Part shown: positions 1-12,998 of the stretch, piece by piece
How positions within the stretch are numbered: the stretch's first letter is position 1
Layout: each line of letters starts with the position of its first letter
Assembly (NCBI RefSeq): GCF_018350175.1
Contig: NC_058368.1
Span: forward strand, 156,986,001-157,050,000
Source: Felis catus
Taxonomy: Eukaryota
Length of the DNA: 64,000 nt
Direction: 5' to 3'
Program-made: the position numbers and the translations under genes
Notes under the pieces: generated by a model
The model's input: only the letters and a program-made list of their open reading frames with translations
Told to the model about the DNA's origin: nothing
The model's database searches: none

Positions 1-769
1 ATATATTTAACTGTGTACAAGATCACTAAGTGCCCCTGGGTGTGTTTCTTGCCTTTAATAAATTAGCATCATTTTCCTTTGAAGAAGACAGTTTGGCATG
101 TGGGAAACCTGAGAGGACAAAGTCCTGTGAGAAAGTTCCGCATCTTCCCATATACCTCTGTCTGAATTCTGACGGCAGGGAAGCAACAGAAAAGGAGAGA
201 AAGCAGTGGCTGAGGATCAAAACAAAGACTTCAGACAGGATTCCAGCAGGAGAGACAGGATAGGTTTGGTCCCATTCAGCCAGAGGTCAAGTGGTCTCAC
301 TTAAGGTGGTCCAATGTGCCTGATGACACAATCCCCAGGCAGCATCCCTTGTGATTCGTTTCTCGATCACGCACGCGCTGCAGGGGAACTCCAGGTAACT
401 CCCTGAATACACACATGTTCACTAGATATATCTGCTTGAATTCTCTGGCCTTTTTCAATTGCTGAATATTCCTTTTTTATTTTTATTTTTCCTTGAATTT
501 TGAGTGGTTTTGTTGGTCCTTTGACATCAGGGTTAACATACATCCTTCGAAATACAAAATATACAGCTCCACTATACTTAATATGAAAAATGCTTGCAAG
601 AAATTCATGGTTTAATTTCTAGTCTGTCTTAAAGGGGAGGTCACATTCAGTATTATTGCTCTGATTTTTACAGTTTAAAAAACAACAACAACAAAAAAAA
701 ACATAAAAAACTGTTAGACTTCAAGCTCTGGGAGAGAAGGGACCATGGTATAGACATCAGCATGGTCAT

Positions 770-1017
770 AGAACGGTGGTTCCACATTTAGATTCTTGAG
801 TAAGCCTGCCTGGTTCAAATACTAACTTTATGAGCTATGCAATCTTTGGAGAAGCTAGATCAGGTCTCTTGGGCTTAGCTATCTCATCGATAAATTGGAA
901 TAATAATGATAATAATATCTATCTCAAAGATAGGTTGAATATATTGAATGCAATAATCTATACAAAACATTTATCACAATGCCTGTGACAAATACATAAA
1001 AAATGTTTAATAAATGT
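770..1017 (+). mobile_element. MIR (ancient SINE), degraded
   Basis: MIR core-like 'ctatctcatcgataaattggaataataatg...atctatctcaaaga' and 3' 'acaatgcctg...tttaataaatgt'. Confidence 0.6.
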
Positions 1018-2399
1018 AATAAATACCCATGACATGTTGGCTAGTAACTAAGCATTTTAAAGGATTTGAACAGAGCTACTTGATCTCCTTTGTTGCAAAT
1101 AAACTAAGTTGATATTGTAGATATACCTCAAATATTTTCAAGTCTGCTTCATATTGGGTTTTGGTACATATAGTTCAATTCTCTTTTCATTTATCTTTAT
1201 TAAATTGAGGAAGTACAAAACATTGACCTGCGATATTCTTCCCTGGTTACTGTTTCACTATTTTCTTTGGTTGCATAATGCATGATGTGTCAGAAAGATA
1301 AAGTTTATACTCAAGACACTGATTCATAAGTTCTTATTTTTACTTTGAGTAATTTTCTATTTCTTTGGGACTATTTTAAGTGTTTCCTCTGTTAAAGTTG
1401 AGTTTCTCCTCTTGAGTAAAATTGAATTCACATTTTAGAGTATTTTTACATCTTAAAATATTGCATCTTATGGTTTTCTTTTTCCTTTTTTTTTTTTTAA
1501 ATTCACTTCTATGACAAATGATCTTATGGGTGATGGTGAGAAAATTCCTCGTTCTTTGGCCTTTTTCTTACTAGATTTGGTCAGGAGGGCTGGTTCCTTT
1601 GTCCTGTGCTCACAGTGTCCTGGCCTCTTTCTAGCTATTTTCTGATTTTTTTCCTAATGTTTTCTGAGTCACTTCAACATATGTAGTAATAAGGAATAGT
1701 TGTCACTATCTCCTCTACATTTGAAAAATGAAAGTATTTTCATGACAGGAAGAACAAATTTGTTAATATTGTTGCCAGCACACTAGATCACAAGGCATTT
1801 GGTTCTCCTGGCTTTTCATGATCTTTCCTGTTGTTGTTAATCTTGTTTTTATATTCTTCTCTATATCATATTTTATGCAGAACTTAGAGAACGTGCGTTA
1901 CGTTTCAATAAATTCTTACTTTCAATTTTCTGGAGGAAATAATGATAGGATAAAAGGGACTCTAGCAATCGCACCTACACCAAAATCTAAGTATGTCTTA
2001 TGTCTTATTTGGGTGTCACAGTCCTAGCACGGATCCCCATTCCGTCTCGATCTCTCCAAGGTTGAGCACATAAATCTCAACCTTCCTGGGCCTTGATTTT
2101 CTTTACTGCGTTCTGTTTTGTTTCTGTAAGAAGAGGTTGAATAAATGAGTTGTAAGTTTCCCTGCAGATACAAAATTTGTCCTCAGATGAACACATGCTA
2201 AAAAAAATACAACCATTGATACTACTGTGGCTCTTAAAAGGAATTAGAAGAAGCAGCACAGAGTAATACAACAAAATACACTTTAGTAAGTTATCATTCT
2301 TTTTTCTGGAAAAAAAAAAGCCAAGTGTAAAATGTACTTCCTTAAAAGAAACATTCCTGTCCCTTCAATATTAGATGGTATTTAAATATACTTTTTTCA

Positions 2400-2606
2400 G
2401 GGGCACCTGGGTGACTCAGTTGGTTAAGCATCTGGCTCTTGATTTCAGCTCAGGTCATGATCTCATGGTTTGTGAGCTCGAGCCCCATGTTAGGCTCTGT
2501 GTGGACAGCACGAAGCCTGCTTGGGATTCTCTCTCCCTCTCTCACTGCCCCAACCCCACTCGCACTCTAAATCTCTCTCAATATAAATAAATAAACACTT
2601 GAAAAA
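2400..2606 (+). mobile_element. Can-SINE (SINEC)
   Basis: ggggcacctgggtgactcagttggttaag tRNA-derived head, ctcaggtcatgatctc, CT-rich linker, aataaataaa tail. Confidence 0.95.
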
Positions 2607-3424
2607 GTAAACTTTTTTTAGACTTGACATTTTAAAACTTAAAGATGTATGAGTGCTTTAATAATAATAACAACACTTCTTGACCATTAATGAGGGTTCA
2701 GATGTTATAAAACATTAAACTTCAACCGCATATCTGTATCTGTAACAACTCAGAAAATTTTGCTATATAAAACTGCACCTTGGATATGTGTTTGTCGTCA
2801 TCCTTGCTCCTGGTTCTCTTTTCCGTGTTAGTGCAGAATGATACCTCGTCCAGTACATCTTATTGGAAAGACAAGCACCCAAAGGGGTTACTGTCTCCAG
2901 GAAGAGTTGGCCTTCCCCCTAGCCCTGGGAGGAGGCGGAGGAACTAAAGAATAGAGCCATTTGGTATCACTATCACAAGGACTAAATCATCCTGCTCACA
3001 GCAATGACTGTGAAATGGGCAGTCTCCCATTTCACCTGGAGTGGGAGGATGTCACTCATCTGGGGGGAAAAAAAGCATTAGCAAGAATAGAATCTCTGTT
3101 ATTACAGAGGGAGATGGAAATATGTACGTAAATAAACTGACTTTATTATTTCACTCGAACATGAAGGTCTACTGAACTACAGGGTGTGTTCAGCTGTTTT
3201 TTATTTTAATGAGATTCTGTACAATGGTTTCTACTTTTATCATCCCCAGAAGAGGCTTCAGAAAAACATTCTCAAATTTTCACTCTTCAAAGCAGTCCCA
3301 CAGCTTTTGCTTTCAATATTTTACTCCTTATTTTAAGGTCTAAATCAAAATTGAAGTAACTGTGAAATGATCCCTACCCCCTCTTTGAGGATTCAAGTAA
3401 GAGCAAAAAGAGAGGAAATTCTAC

Positions 3425-3580
3425 CAGAAAACCTGGGTCTTCACCTTAATCCTCAAAACAACCAACTGTGTGTTTATGGGCAAGTCGCTTGACTTCTCTG
3501 TGCCTCAGTTTCCACCTCTGCAAAATGAGAGCATTGGACTTGATCTTTAAGCGCCTCCCCTGTAGCTATAAAAATCCATA
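3425..3580 (+). mobile_element. MIR-family SINE fragment
   Basis: Core 'gggcaagtcgcttgacttctctgtgcctcagtttccacctctgcaaaatgag'. Confidence 0.75.
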
Positions 3581-4511
3581 GCTCTGAAACAAAAATAATT
3601 TTTGAGAGCCAGTTCAGTGAAAAAAACCCCATTTGCAGATTCAGTCAAGTCATTCTCTGGTTTTGATGTTAGGAAGAATTTACCTGATCAGCGTTGGGGG
3701 AGAGAGTATGAGACTGGAGACCTAAGAGAGAAGATTATTTCAGTGCATATGTTGACCCTCAAGCAAGTATGTTAATATTGGGCTCTAGAACTAGTCGAGA
3801 TGGACAAGATGCACTGATTAGTGGTCCTTCTCTATCACTGATAGTGGGTTTGAATGCTGGGACACTGACCAAGTTTAGATACCATCACTGGCCTCATGAT
3901 GCTTTAGATGCTTTAGGTTAGAAGGTTAGACATAAAGCTTCAGTCTAGGAGGCCCTAGTCTTGTCCCCTCAGCCACTGCATCATTTCCTGAGTCTTGCCA
4001 CTGTTACATTCACTGAACAATGGTTGCAGGTTGTTTCAATAACTTAATACAATCTTTCCTGTCCAAACATAAACATCCCAATGTGAGATTATATTCAGTT
4101 TTTTCTTCACTGCACATAAATTTTTAGACTCTTTCCCCAGATAAGATTTTGATGAGAAAAGATAAAAAAGGAGAGAGTACTGCACCATCAGGGGTTAAAA
4201 AGTGAGTAACCAAGAATGTAGAATGCAAAGGCAAACTGGCTGGGAACACAGACTTTCAGTTTACAACAAATCTGCCAGGGTGCCATGGTGCTCCCTAGGT
4301 CCTGTTTAGCAAGGATAAGAACAGCTTAAAACCCAGATTGGAGAATGGTGGGAATCTACATTTAAGCAAAGAAAGTTGGTAATGAGTCTGAGCAAGAAAA
4401 GTATTGACAAACGAAAATCTTATTATCTGCCATTATCAACGGATAAGGGGTGGGAGTTTACCAAATAACTCAACTCTCATTTAAATTCCAATACAACTCA
4501 TGATTTTAACA

Positions 4512-4735
4512 TTTTTTTTAAGTTTATATTATTTATTTTGGGAGAGAGAGAGTGAGACAGAGCGCTTGTGCATGTAAGCAGGGGGAGGGTAAAGAGAGAC
4601 GGAGAGAATCCCAAACAGGCTCAGCACTGTCAGCACACAACCCAATAAGGGACTCCATCTCATGAACCATGGGATCATGACCTGAGCCGAAGTCAAGAGT
4701 CAGACGCTTATCTCACTGAGCCACCCAGGAACCCC
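4512..4735 (-). mobile_element. Can-SINE (SINEC)
   Basis: Poly-T, (GA)n, 'gatcatgacctgagccgaagtc...ctgagccacccagg'; near-TSD tgattttaaca/tgattttcaca. Confidence 0.95.
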
Positions 4736-4776
4736 TTGATTTTCACAATTTTGGCTGTAATCTTTCCAAGCTATTA

Positions 4777-4901
4777 ATAGAGTACTATATAATTTATCAA
4801 CCAAATGGGGATACTTTCAAGAATAAAGGAAATACTATTTTTAACTCGATGATATATTTATACCAGGACTGTTCCAGGAAAACCAGATGTATGGTCACCC
4901 T
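4777..4901. mobile_element. hAT-type MITE remnant (MER96B-like)
   Basis: Terminal 'ccaggactgttccaggaaaaccagatgtatggtcaccct' resembles the hAT TIR 'ggtcaccct'. Confidence 0.45.
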
Positions 4902-5039
4902 TGGTAACTATCATATCTTCTTGGGTAAGGTATTCTGTATAAAAAAACTTTACACTATGATCCAAGTCATGAACACTCATGCAGTGTTCATGCAGTGGTG
5001 CCCTCTGGATTTAGAGAGCTCTGTGCAGTGGACTTCACA

Positions 5040-5155
5040 CCGTACTGGACACCAGAATTACTGGAGGATCTGTTAGACTGCTGAGCTCCACTCTCAAAGT
5101 TTCTGACTGGGTAGGTCTGGGGTGGGATCGGAGTATTTGCTTTCTAAACTTCCAA
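5040..5155. mobile_element. MER5A-like hAT-Charlie DNA transposon
   Basis: 'gtttctgactgggtaggtctggggtggg...tgatgctggtccagagaccacacgttgagaa'. Confidence 0.75.
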
Positions 5156-5614
5156 GCGATCCTGATGCTGGTCCAGAGACCACACGTTGAGAAATATGTA
5201 TCGTATACTTAGTGGTGATCTCACGTAGCTGTGCCTTGCTTTGTTCTTGTGTCTTCATTTTGTCGTCCTTCAGTATCGCCGTATCAAACCCACTGTCAGT
5301 GACAGAGAAGGACCACTATCAGTATTCAGGGAACTCAGCTGTCATCCCTCCCCCCACCTTTTTTGTTGAGCTCTCCGTACACCTATCCCAAACAATCCTA
5401 GTTTTCTAATTCTTTCAGTTCCTTACAAAGTGCTTCTCATTTCCTTCTGACTAGGAAAATCAATATGCAAGCTTATTACAACTCTCTTTAAAATAAGTAC
5501 ACACATATCCTTATTCATGCATTTATTCACTCAGCCAACATGTATTTGTGTTTTCCTTTGGACCATCACTAAGATCTACTTGGAGAATATGTAATTTAAA
5601 AGATATCTATTCAA

Positions 5615-5805
5615 TTTTGTTAATTTTGATTTGTTTTGAGAGAGAGTGAACAGAGAGGAAGAGAGAGGGAGAGAGAGAATACCAAGCAGGATCCTCACTG
5701 TCAGTGCAGAGCCTGATGGAGGACTCGATCTCACAAACGATGAGATCACAACCTGAGCTAAAACAAGAGTTGGTTGCTTAACCAACTGAGCCACCCAGGT
5801 TCCCC
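5615..5805 (-). mobile_element. Can-SINE (SINEC)
   Basis: (GA)n followed by 'ttaaccaactgagccacccagg' (antisense head). Confidence 0.93.
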
Positions 5806-6130
5806 AAAATTTATTCGATTTTTGAAAGGACATTGCTATAGAGACATTGCTATATAATACTCCTTTATAGAGAGAATGACTAACATTTTTACCAAGACTT
5901 TTTTATAAAATCTTATAAAAATATTCCATTAATTCATAATGTCCATCCCATATTTGTCGTCAATACTGCTCTTGCAAAATTATTTGTTTCCTTACAATAC
6001 CATCACCAGGTTATCCTTATCCTCTTGGCCCATCCATGCATATTGCCAGTGTCACTTCATATTTAACTGAGATATACAGATTCTGCTAGAAGTATAATGG
6101 AACAAACTCAGCTTTGAAGGAGGCCTTTCT

Positions 6131-6352
6131 GGAGCACTGGGGTGGCTCAGTCAGTGAAGCATCTGACTTCGGCTCAGGTCACGATCTCACGGTTTGTGAG
6201 TTCAAGCCCTGTGTTGGGCTCTGTGCTGACAGCTCAGAGCCTGCAGCCTGCTTCAGATTCTGTGTCTCCCTCTCTCTTCCCCTCCCATGCTCATGCTCTG
6301 TCTCCTTCTGTCTCTAATAAATAAATGTTATAAATAAATAAGTAAATAAATA
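6131..6352 (+). mobile_element. Can-SINE (SINEC_Fc-type)
   Basis: Full head, CT linker and AAAT tail; exact 14-bp TSD aaggaggcctttct (6117-6130 / 6353-6366). Confidence 0.96.
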
Positions 6353-9029
6353 AAGGAGGCCTTTCTCACAGACAGTAAATCCTCATTTAGCCAAGAAATC
6401 TACTTTAGCTAACCTCAGAACTTTGTGGCTTGTTAAGCTATGACTATTCCTTTGTTTTTCATTGCCATCTAATAGATACTCCTTGACACCAGAAAGTTGT
6501 TCTAATTAAAATTGGCATTGGAGTGGTGGGTGAAAAAACAAGAACTCTCATGAGCTGAGAGGAAAAAGAGAAGCCCCGGTAGTAGGTCCAGTCCAGCGTG
6601 GACTTCAGGACAACGTACGAGACTGTGCAACTGAATCGCCTGCACTTCATCCTGTGCTGATGCTGTCCACACAGGGCAGGACAGTGATCAACTAGGAAGG
6701 AACTGGGCTTTACCCTCAAGATTCTTCTCCATCACCTACTAATATGATTAAAGAGCCCCAAGACTCCTACTGTCTGGGATTCTCCTTCTTTTTATTATCT
6801 AAACAAAATGATTCACACTCTGAGACAAGTTCAGCCACCACCACCACCACCCCCCCAATATTTCTGAAGATTTTAGGAGAGACCTTCATGTTTCCATTCC
6901 TTCTTGCTCCAAGTTTGACTCTCACCCCCACTCATATCTTCTGTCTTGTAAACTACTTTCCTTTCTCCTCCTTACTTCACCCTACATGTGAGCCACACAA
7001 CCAAAATGCTATCAAAGCAAGACTCCAACGTGTAACAAAGTTTTACTAAGCTTTGACTAGAACTGAGAGTAATTGCACACAGTGCAGAGGTGGGGGGGGG
7101 GGGGAGGGAAGCTTTGAATTCAATGCAGATCTCACTATCCCCCAAAATACATCCACCATTTCCAGTCAGATGGCCTTTTTCTTTCACAGTTATAGGTTGC
7201 TACTTACTAGATGACTGGCCATACTAGGTCTCCATGTACTCTCCATTCTGTTCACTCCTCTGTCTTCCAGAAATCCTGCCCTCCTCTCAGAGCACTAGTG
7301 TGTAATCTAAAAACTTCTGTTACTTTATTATGCAGAGCCATTTCATTTCTCAAACTCCACTCTAGACTGATTGTTGGTTCCTTCACATAACCCAAACAAG
7401 CTCTTCTCCCCTGAAACTAACTTTATTGCTATCTTATAATGGTAATCAGTGTCTCTAGTCATCTTTTTGAATTGCATTTTTTCCTGTCCATGACCATGGC
7501 TGCATGAATGTGTGTGAGCCAATTAGTCCTTTATTTAAGCCTCAGTTTACTCATCCACTTCATATGGTTGTTACCAAGATTAAATGTAAAAGCCTAGCAT
7601 AACACTTTCCAAAAGGTAACTGATAACCATGAGGAATTACCACTGGAAAGGATAATTAATAATGGCATCACTTGGGTAATATTAGCTAATACCCACAGCC
7701 AGTAGCTCATGTGCCAGGCTCAAGCTCAAGCTGAGGGTGTCACCCTCTGGCACCAGGGACGACATTTCCTGATGCCTTTCATCCTACATTTTTGGCAAAT
7801 ACATAGTTAGAAATATTAGGCAAATCATCATACCCAAGTGCTAAATATATCACCACTACCCTCCAACAGCAAGGGATGGTGTTCTCTCTTGCTTATGTTG
7901 TTTACGTCTTTCTCTCAGAGAGGAGAACAGAGCTGGACAGAGGCCCAGCTATGTGCTACACGCTTCTGCGATCCATTGCCTGCCATCATATATCTGCTCT
8001 GAGAATAAACTGCACGCACAGTTTTACAGGGATTTAATTTCCCAATGAGATCAAAGTTGGTCTATAGATAATCTGCAAATCATTTAAACTGACAGATGAG
8101 TTAATGTCAGTTAATGTCAATGAAATGAGTTAATGTCAATGAAAAAGGAGCCAAGTTTAAGGTGAATACCAGGGGGGAGACTTGAATCAGGTCCCACCAG
8201 CCTGCATCTTGTTCCCAGGTTCCTTCAAATCAAAATGACCCAAGGCTTTCCCTGAGGAAAGAGACCCTCACCCCCTGTCTCTTATCCTTTTTACATTTCC
8301 AAGATGATGCTTCCTATTCCTACAGATCTTTCCCAGAGCTGTAACTCAAGCACTCATCTAAAAAGGAGGTGCAACCCGAGTATCTTTGGCTTTTTGTGGT
8401 ACATGGCCTGTACAGCAGCTGTGTGTCAGGCGTCTGCTATGTGGCTTCCATCAGATGATTTCTACTTAGACTCAAAGAATTCTAGAAGTCTTAGCTCAAA
8501 AGAACATTTAGGCTCATAGCCTAAAATATTTCCAAATATGTTTATCTCCACCCAACTGGTGACAGTGAGGCATTCCTGTGGGATTCAGGAATAGTCCACC
8601 ATTTCTAGCTAATCTCATAAAGTGCCAGGTGCTGTCTCATAATACATGGGTGATTAATATAGTTAGAGTCTTAGAACCACCTTGACAATGGAGTACTCAT
8701 TCCCAGCCTTTGTTCTTCCCAGTAAAGCCTATGTCATGATACAATCTACTGTTCTGTTTCCCAGCTCCCATTAAGGCATTTCTTTCCTTAAAAACTACCT
8801 TTCACCTTCTGATGTGCCTCTATTTAGTGTTCAAGGCCCTGTTCTTCCTGACTCTAATGTAATATTTCAGCTTCATCTTTCATTGGCCCTGACATTTAGA
8901 TGTCCCTCCTGTCAAGTGAAACCACTCAAGGTCCCACTCATATGCCTTGAACCTTTGTTCTACAGTGCAAAATGCCCTAGTTCAGGGTAGAAGTTGAGAG
9001 TAATTTCCTCTGCAATAAGAAATAACAGA

Positions 9030-9823
9030 AACTTACCACAAAGAGATACCACTTCATACTTACTATGGGATTGGCTATGTAGGACAGCTATAATCAAAAA
9101 AGTAGAAAATAGCAAGTATTGATGACGATGTGGAAAAATTGGAACCCTCATGCATTGCTAGGGAATGTAAAATGGTACAGCTACTGTGGAAACAGTTTGG
9201 TGGTTTCTGAAACAGTTAAACATAGATCTGCCATATTACCCAGTAATTCCATGCCTAGGTATATATACCAAAAAATGAAAGAAAGGACTTGAACAGGTAT
9301 GTGTGCATCAATGTTCATGGCAGCATTATTCACAATAGCCAAAAGGTAGAAACAACCTAAATGTTCATCAATAGATGTGTGCATAAGCAAAATGTGGTGT
9401 GTGTGTGTATGTGTGTGCGTGCGTGTGTGTTTGTGTGTGTGTATGCAATGGAATATTATTCAGCTTTAACAAGGAATTAAATTTGGAAATATGTTACATC
9501 ATAGATGGACTTCGAAATCATGTTCAGCGAAGTGGCCAGATATAAAGGCCACATATTGTATGATTTCATCTATATGAAATATCCAGAATAGGGAAATCCA
9601 TGGAGACAATAGAGAAGTAGAGGTTGCCAAGGGCTGGGATGAGGGGAAATGGAGAGTGACTGCTTAATGGGGATGGAGTTTCTTTTTCGGGTGACAATAA
9701 TGTTCTGGAACTAGATAGTGCTGATAGTTGCATACTGTAAATGTACTAAATGCCACTGAATTTTAAACTTTAAAATAGTTAAAATAATCAATTTTGTTAT
9801 GTGCATTTTATCAAAATAAAAAG
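9030..9823 (+). mobile_element. L1MB-like LINE-1 3' end (ORF2 C-terminus plus 3'UTR) with internal (GT)n
   Basis: 'gatgtggaaaaattggaaccctcatgcattgct...aatgtaaaatggtacagctactgtggaaacagtttgg' and 3'UTR 'aatgttctggaactagatagtg...aatgtactaaatgccactgaat'. Confidence 0.88.
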
Positions 9824-10779
9824 TACAAAGTCTATAGAATTGGCATAAAAACTGTTCTATCATATTTATTCAATAACTCATACCCAAGGATGCTTGCCTT
9901 AAGGAGAAGTGAGATTCCAATTCTAATGCAATAAATGTTTATTTGGAATTGTTAAAAACAAAAATGTACCTTAAATCAGAGGTCAAAGTGAAAGAACTGG
10001 GCCCCTTTTTTTTGTTATTAAAGCTCTAGGCATGATGACTGACACAGTATGTGGATATGAACTGGATAGTATTAATATTTTGAGAAGTTTATCAAGTTGG
10101 TCAAGGCATACTGGATTCAAGTCAATTCTGAAAATAATCATCCCTGAGAAATAGCAAAAAGGATTTTTAAATTTTTATATCTATATTCCTGAGACGCTCC
10201 CTGACAGAGAATCTGGAGCCCAATCTAACCACTAAAACTTGCATTTCAGGCATTCATCCATTGGCACCAATTATCTGTTAACCTATTAATCAGCAGTAAA
10301 GACTGAAAAACACTCTGCAATCTATGCAAACCCAAAGGGAAGGACAGCCTTGGTAAATCCTCACCTTTCAGGACTGGTAACCAACTAGAAAAATTGTTCA
10401 GTGTATCAAACCTAATACAGCCGTTAGTTTCTATAAAAATGCACCTTCCTTCCAGACAACTTAAATGGACAAATACCATTGAAGGAGAAAATGTGCATTC
10501 CTCCTACCATTTGGGGCAATGCTTTACATAAAATTTGCAGTAATTTCAACTTTAGCCATTTATTAGGAAATACGATATTATTCCTGGAGTCATTACAATC
10601 AGTTGGAACAGAGTTGCCAGGAAAAAACACTGTACAATTTAATATCTGGCACTCTTCCGTCTTTTCTTCTTACAGCTATTGCTTTTGAATAGCAGTTCTG
10701 ACTCCAGGACCTTTCAAATTTATTGATTCATATATTATTATCTGACGTCCTGGGGCTAGTGAAGATAGAGCATATATTG

Positions 10780-10990
10780 CATGGGAGAGATAGCAATGAC
10801 TTTTGAAGCTAGAAGATTTAAATTGAAACCTCTTCTCTGCTTCTTTCTAGTTGAAGGAGTGAGTCCCTTAAACTTGGTCCCTCTTGATCTCTGTCTGTAA
10901 AATGGGAATGATAATCTGTCCTACCTACTTCACCATGTCGCTCTGAAGATTACAAAGGGTTGGTGATTGCGAAAGTCAATTGTAAGGGGC
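10780..10990 (+). mobile_element. MIR fragment
   Basis: 'tctgtaaaatgggaatgataatctgtcctacctacttcac' core. Confidence 0.6.
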
Positions 10991-11520
10991 GATGTTGAAA
11001 AACAGCGATTAGCAATCATAGCTCTTTATAACCTGGTCATTACTTACAACTAATCAACTGCCTGCGCTCTTCATACTCTCTTCTCTTATAGTTGTTGAAC
11101 TGACCTGCCTGGAGATTGTGAAAGAAAAACTGCACAAGACGAGCAGGCTTGTTTTTATTTTGATACTACTGCCAGCAATAGGGGAGAAAGCACAGACCAA
11201 GTGGAGATACCTAGCCCCACAGAGAAAAGGGCTGGAGAGACTTATTTAAGAGATAGCATGGTAGATCATAGGCCACCTATGTTTGCTAATTGGCCTCATC
11301 CATAGGAAAAGTAAACTTTCTCATATCTTCAGGACAAAAGTAGTTTTACAACTTGGAGCGAGGAGGCAGAGGAAGTGAGGCTCCTCCCTTTCCAAGAACT
11401 GGAAGACAGGAGCGCTATCTCCTTAAATAATTGTATTTCAAAGGGTGGCTTTCAGGTCCTTGAGAAAGACATTTCTAGGTGGCAAAACGGGCAAGAGGTT
11501 GACTGAAAGATTTACATCTC

Positions 11521-11716
11521 GGAACGCCTGGGTGACTCAATCAGTTAAGTGTCTGACTTTGGCTCAGGTCATGATCTCATGGCTCCTGAGTTCGAGCCCT
11601 GTGTTGGGCTCTGTGCTGACAGCTCAGAGCCTGGAGACTGCTTCAGATTCTGTGTCTCCCTCTCATTCTCTCACTTGCTCGCTTTCACTTTCTCAAAAAT
11701 AAATAAACATTTTAAA
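11521..11716 (+). mobile_element. Can-SINE (SINEC_Fc-type) in LTR
   Basis: Full-length; TSD tttacatctc on both sides. Confidence 0.95.
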
Positions 11717-11778
11717 AGATGTTTACATCTCAAAGGAGCAGAATAAAGGATATACAATAACAGGTTTTAGTTTCTAAA

Positions 11779-11990
11779 TTTTTTTTTTTACATTTTATTT
11801 ATTTTTGATAGAGAGAGTCCGAGCACAAGTGAGGGAGGGACAGAAAGAGATGGAGACACAGAATCTGAAGCAGGCTCCAGGCTCTGAGCTGTCAGCACAG
11901 AGCCCGATGCAGGGCTTGAACTCACAGACTGTGAGATCATGACCTGAGCCAAAGTCGGACGCTTAACCGACTGAGCCACCCAGGTGCCCC
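11779..11990 (-). mobile_element. Can-SINE (SINEC_Fc-type) in LTR
   Basis: Full-length antisense ending gccacccaggtgcccc; TSD agtttctaaa. Confidence 0.96.
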
Positions 11991-12120
11991 TAACAGTTTC
12001 TAAATGTTTTCTAACATTTTCTAAAAAATGCTCTAGGAAAAGGGAGGTCAGGGGCTTAGAGTCAGGAGAACCCTGTCTAAAGTTAGTCAAGCTAAAGGGT
12101 ACTTTAAAGCCATTTTGGTT

Positions 12121-12286
12121 GGGGTGCCTGGGTGGCTCAGGTCATGATCTCAGGGCTTGTGAGCTTGTACTGTTTCAGATCCTCTGCCTCCCTCTGTCTC
12201 TGTCCCTTCCCCATTCCCTCTCTCTCTCTCTTTCTGTGTGTGTGTGTGTCTCTCTCTCAAAAATACATACACATCAAAAAAAAAAA
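12121..12286 (+). mobile_element. Can-SINE with two internal deletions, in LTR
   Basis: ggggtgcctgggtggctcag joined directly to gtcatgatctc; TSD aaagccattttggtt/aaagccatcttgtt. Confidence 0.9.
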
Positions 12287-12467
12287 GCCATCTTGTTCAA
12301 GAACTGTGAGATAATGGCAGCAAACTGATTTTTTTTTACAATTCAGAAAACATGTGCCAAAGTGTTCTGTTTTCACCGGATTTCCTCATCAGAGTGGTCA
12401 CAATTTTATTCATTCAGGAAAAAGATTGTGAATTAATGTCCAGCAGTAAAATTTGGGTTCCCCTGTG

Positions 12468-12487
12468 TGATGCCCCCTAGTGTTCTC
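12468..12487 (-). promoter_or_regulatory. Candidate CTCF binding motif
   Basis: Minus strand GAACACTAGGGGGCATCA versus CTCF core CCASYAGRKGGCR; motif match only. Confidence 0.4.
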
Positions 12488-12998
12488 AGGACACAGTGCG
12501 GTCAGTACTAGCAGAGCACAAAGTTTTATCCTACAAGATCTGCCACAGAAATTACCCAAGAGTTCACACGCTGGCCACTATAACCTGAATACAATTTTGG
12601 GATGTTATCAACAAAGGGGCAAAGAGTCAGTAATGGAAGTCAAAGTCCCTTTACTGCAGCCTTTTAGAAACTTCAAAGGGGAAGCGAATGAAACATAAAA
12701 GCCATATCAAAAAGGAAGTAGAGTTAAGTTAAAGAAAAATCTCATTCCTCTCAAGCTACCAAATCCCCTCCGGGTTTCCTTCCCTCCCTCCCAGGCCCCT
12801 TGATCAATCAACTCAATAACATCTACCAGCTTCTTTCATTCACTTACCTTCTTGTCCTTATACCTTAATCCTAGTCTACCAATCCCTCAAAGTATCAATT
12901 CAACAATTTACTTTCTCTACCACTGCTGCTATGAAGTCGAGTACTATTGGAGAAATCTTGAAATTTATCTATTGGCAGTATTACATATATAAAGTTTC

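Larger units (their letters stand above)
11117..12299 (-). mobile_element. ERV1-class solo LTR (MER34/MER39-like), interrupted by three Can-SINEs
   Basis: TG...CA ends; the reverse complement reads 'agcttgactaactttagacagggttctcctgactctaagcccctgacctcccttttcctagagcatt...gagatgtaaatctt', resembling the MER34 group as I recall it. Confidence 0.65.

Noticed and set aside
6114..6324. Recurrent 'AQSVKHLTSAQVMIS...' and 'SDFGSGHDL...' ORFs here and at 11445, 14409, 53387, 60227, 61726 etc.
   Set aside because: These are translations of Can-SINE consensus, not a gene family
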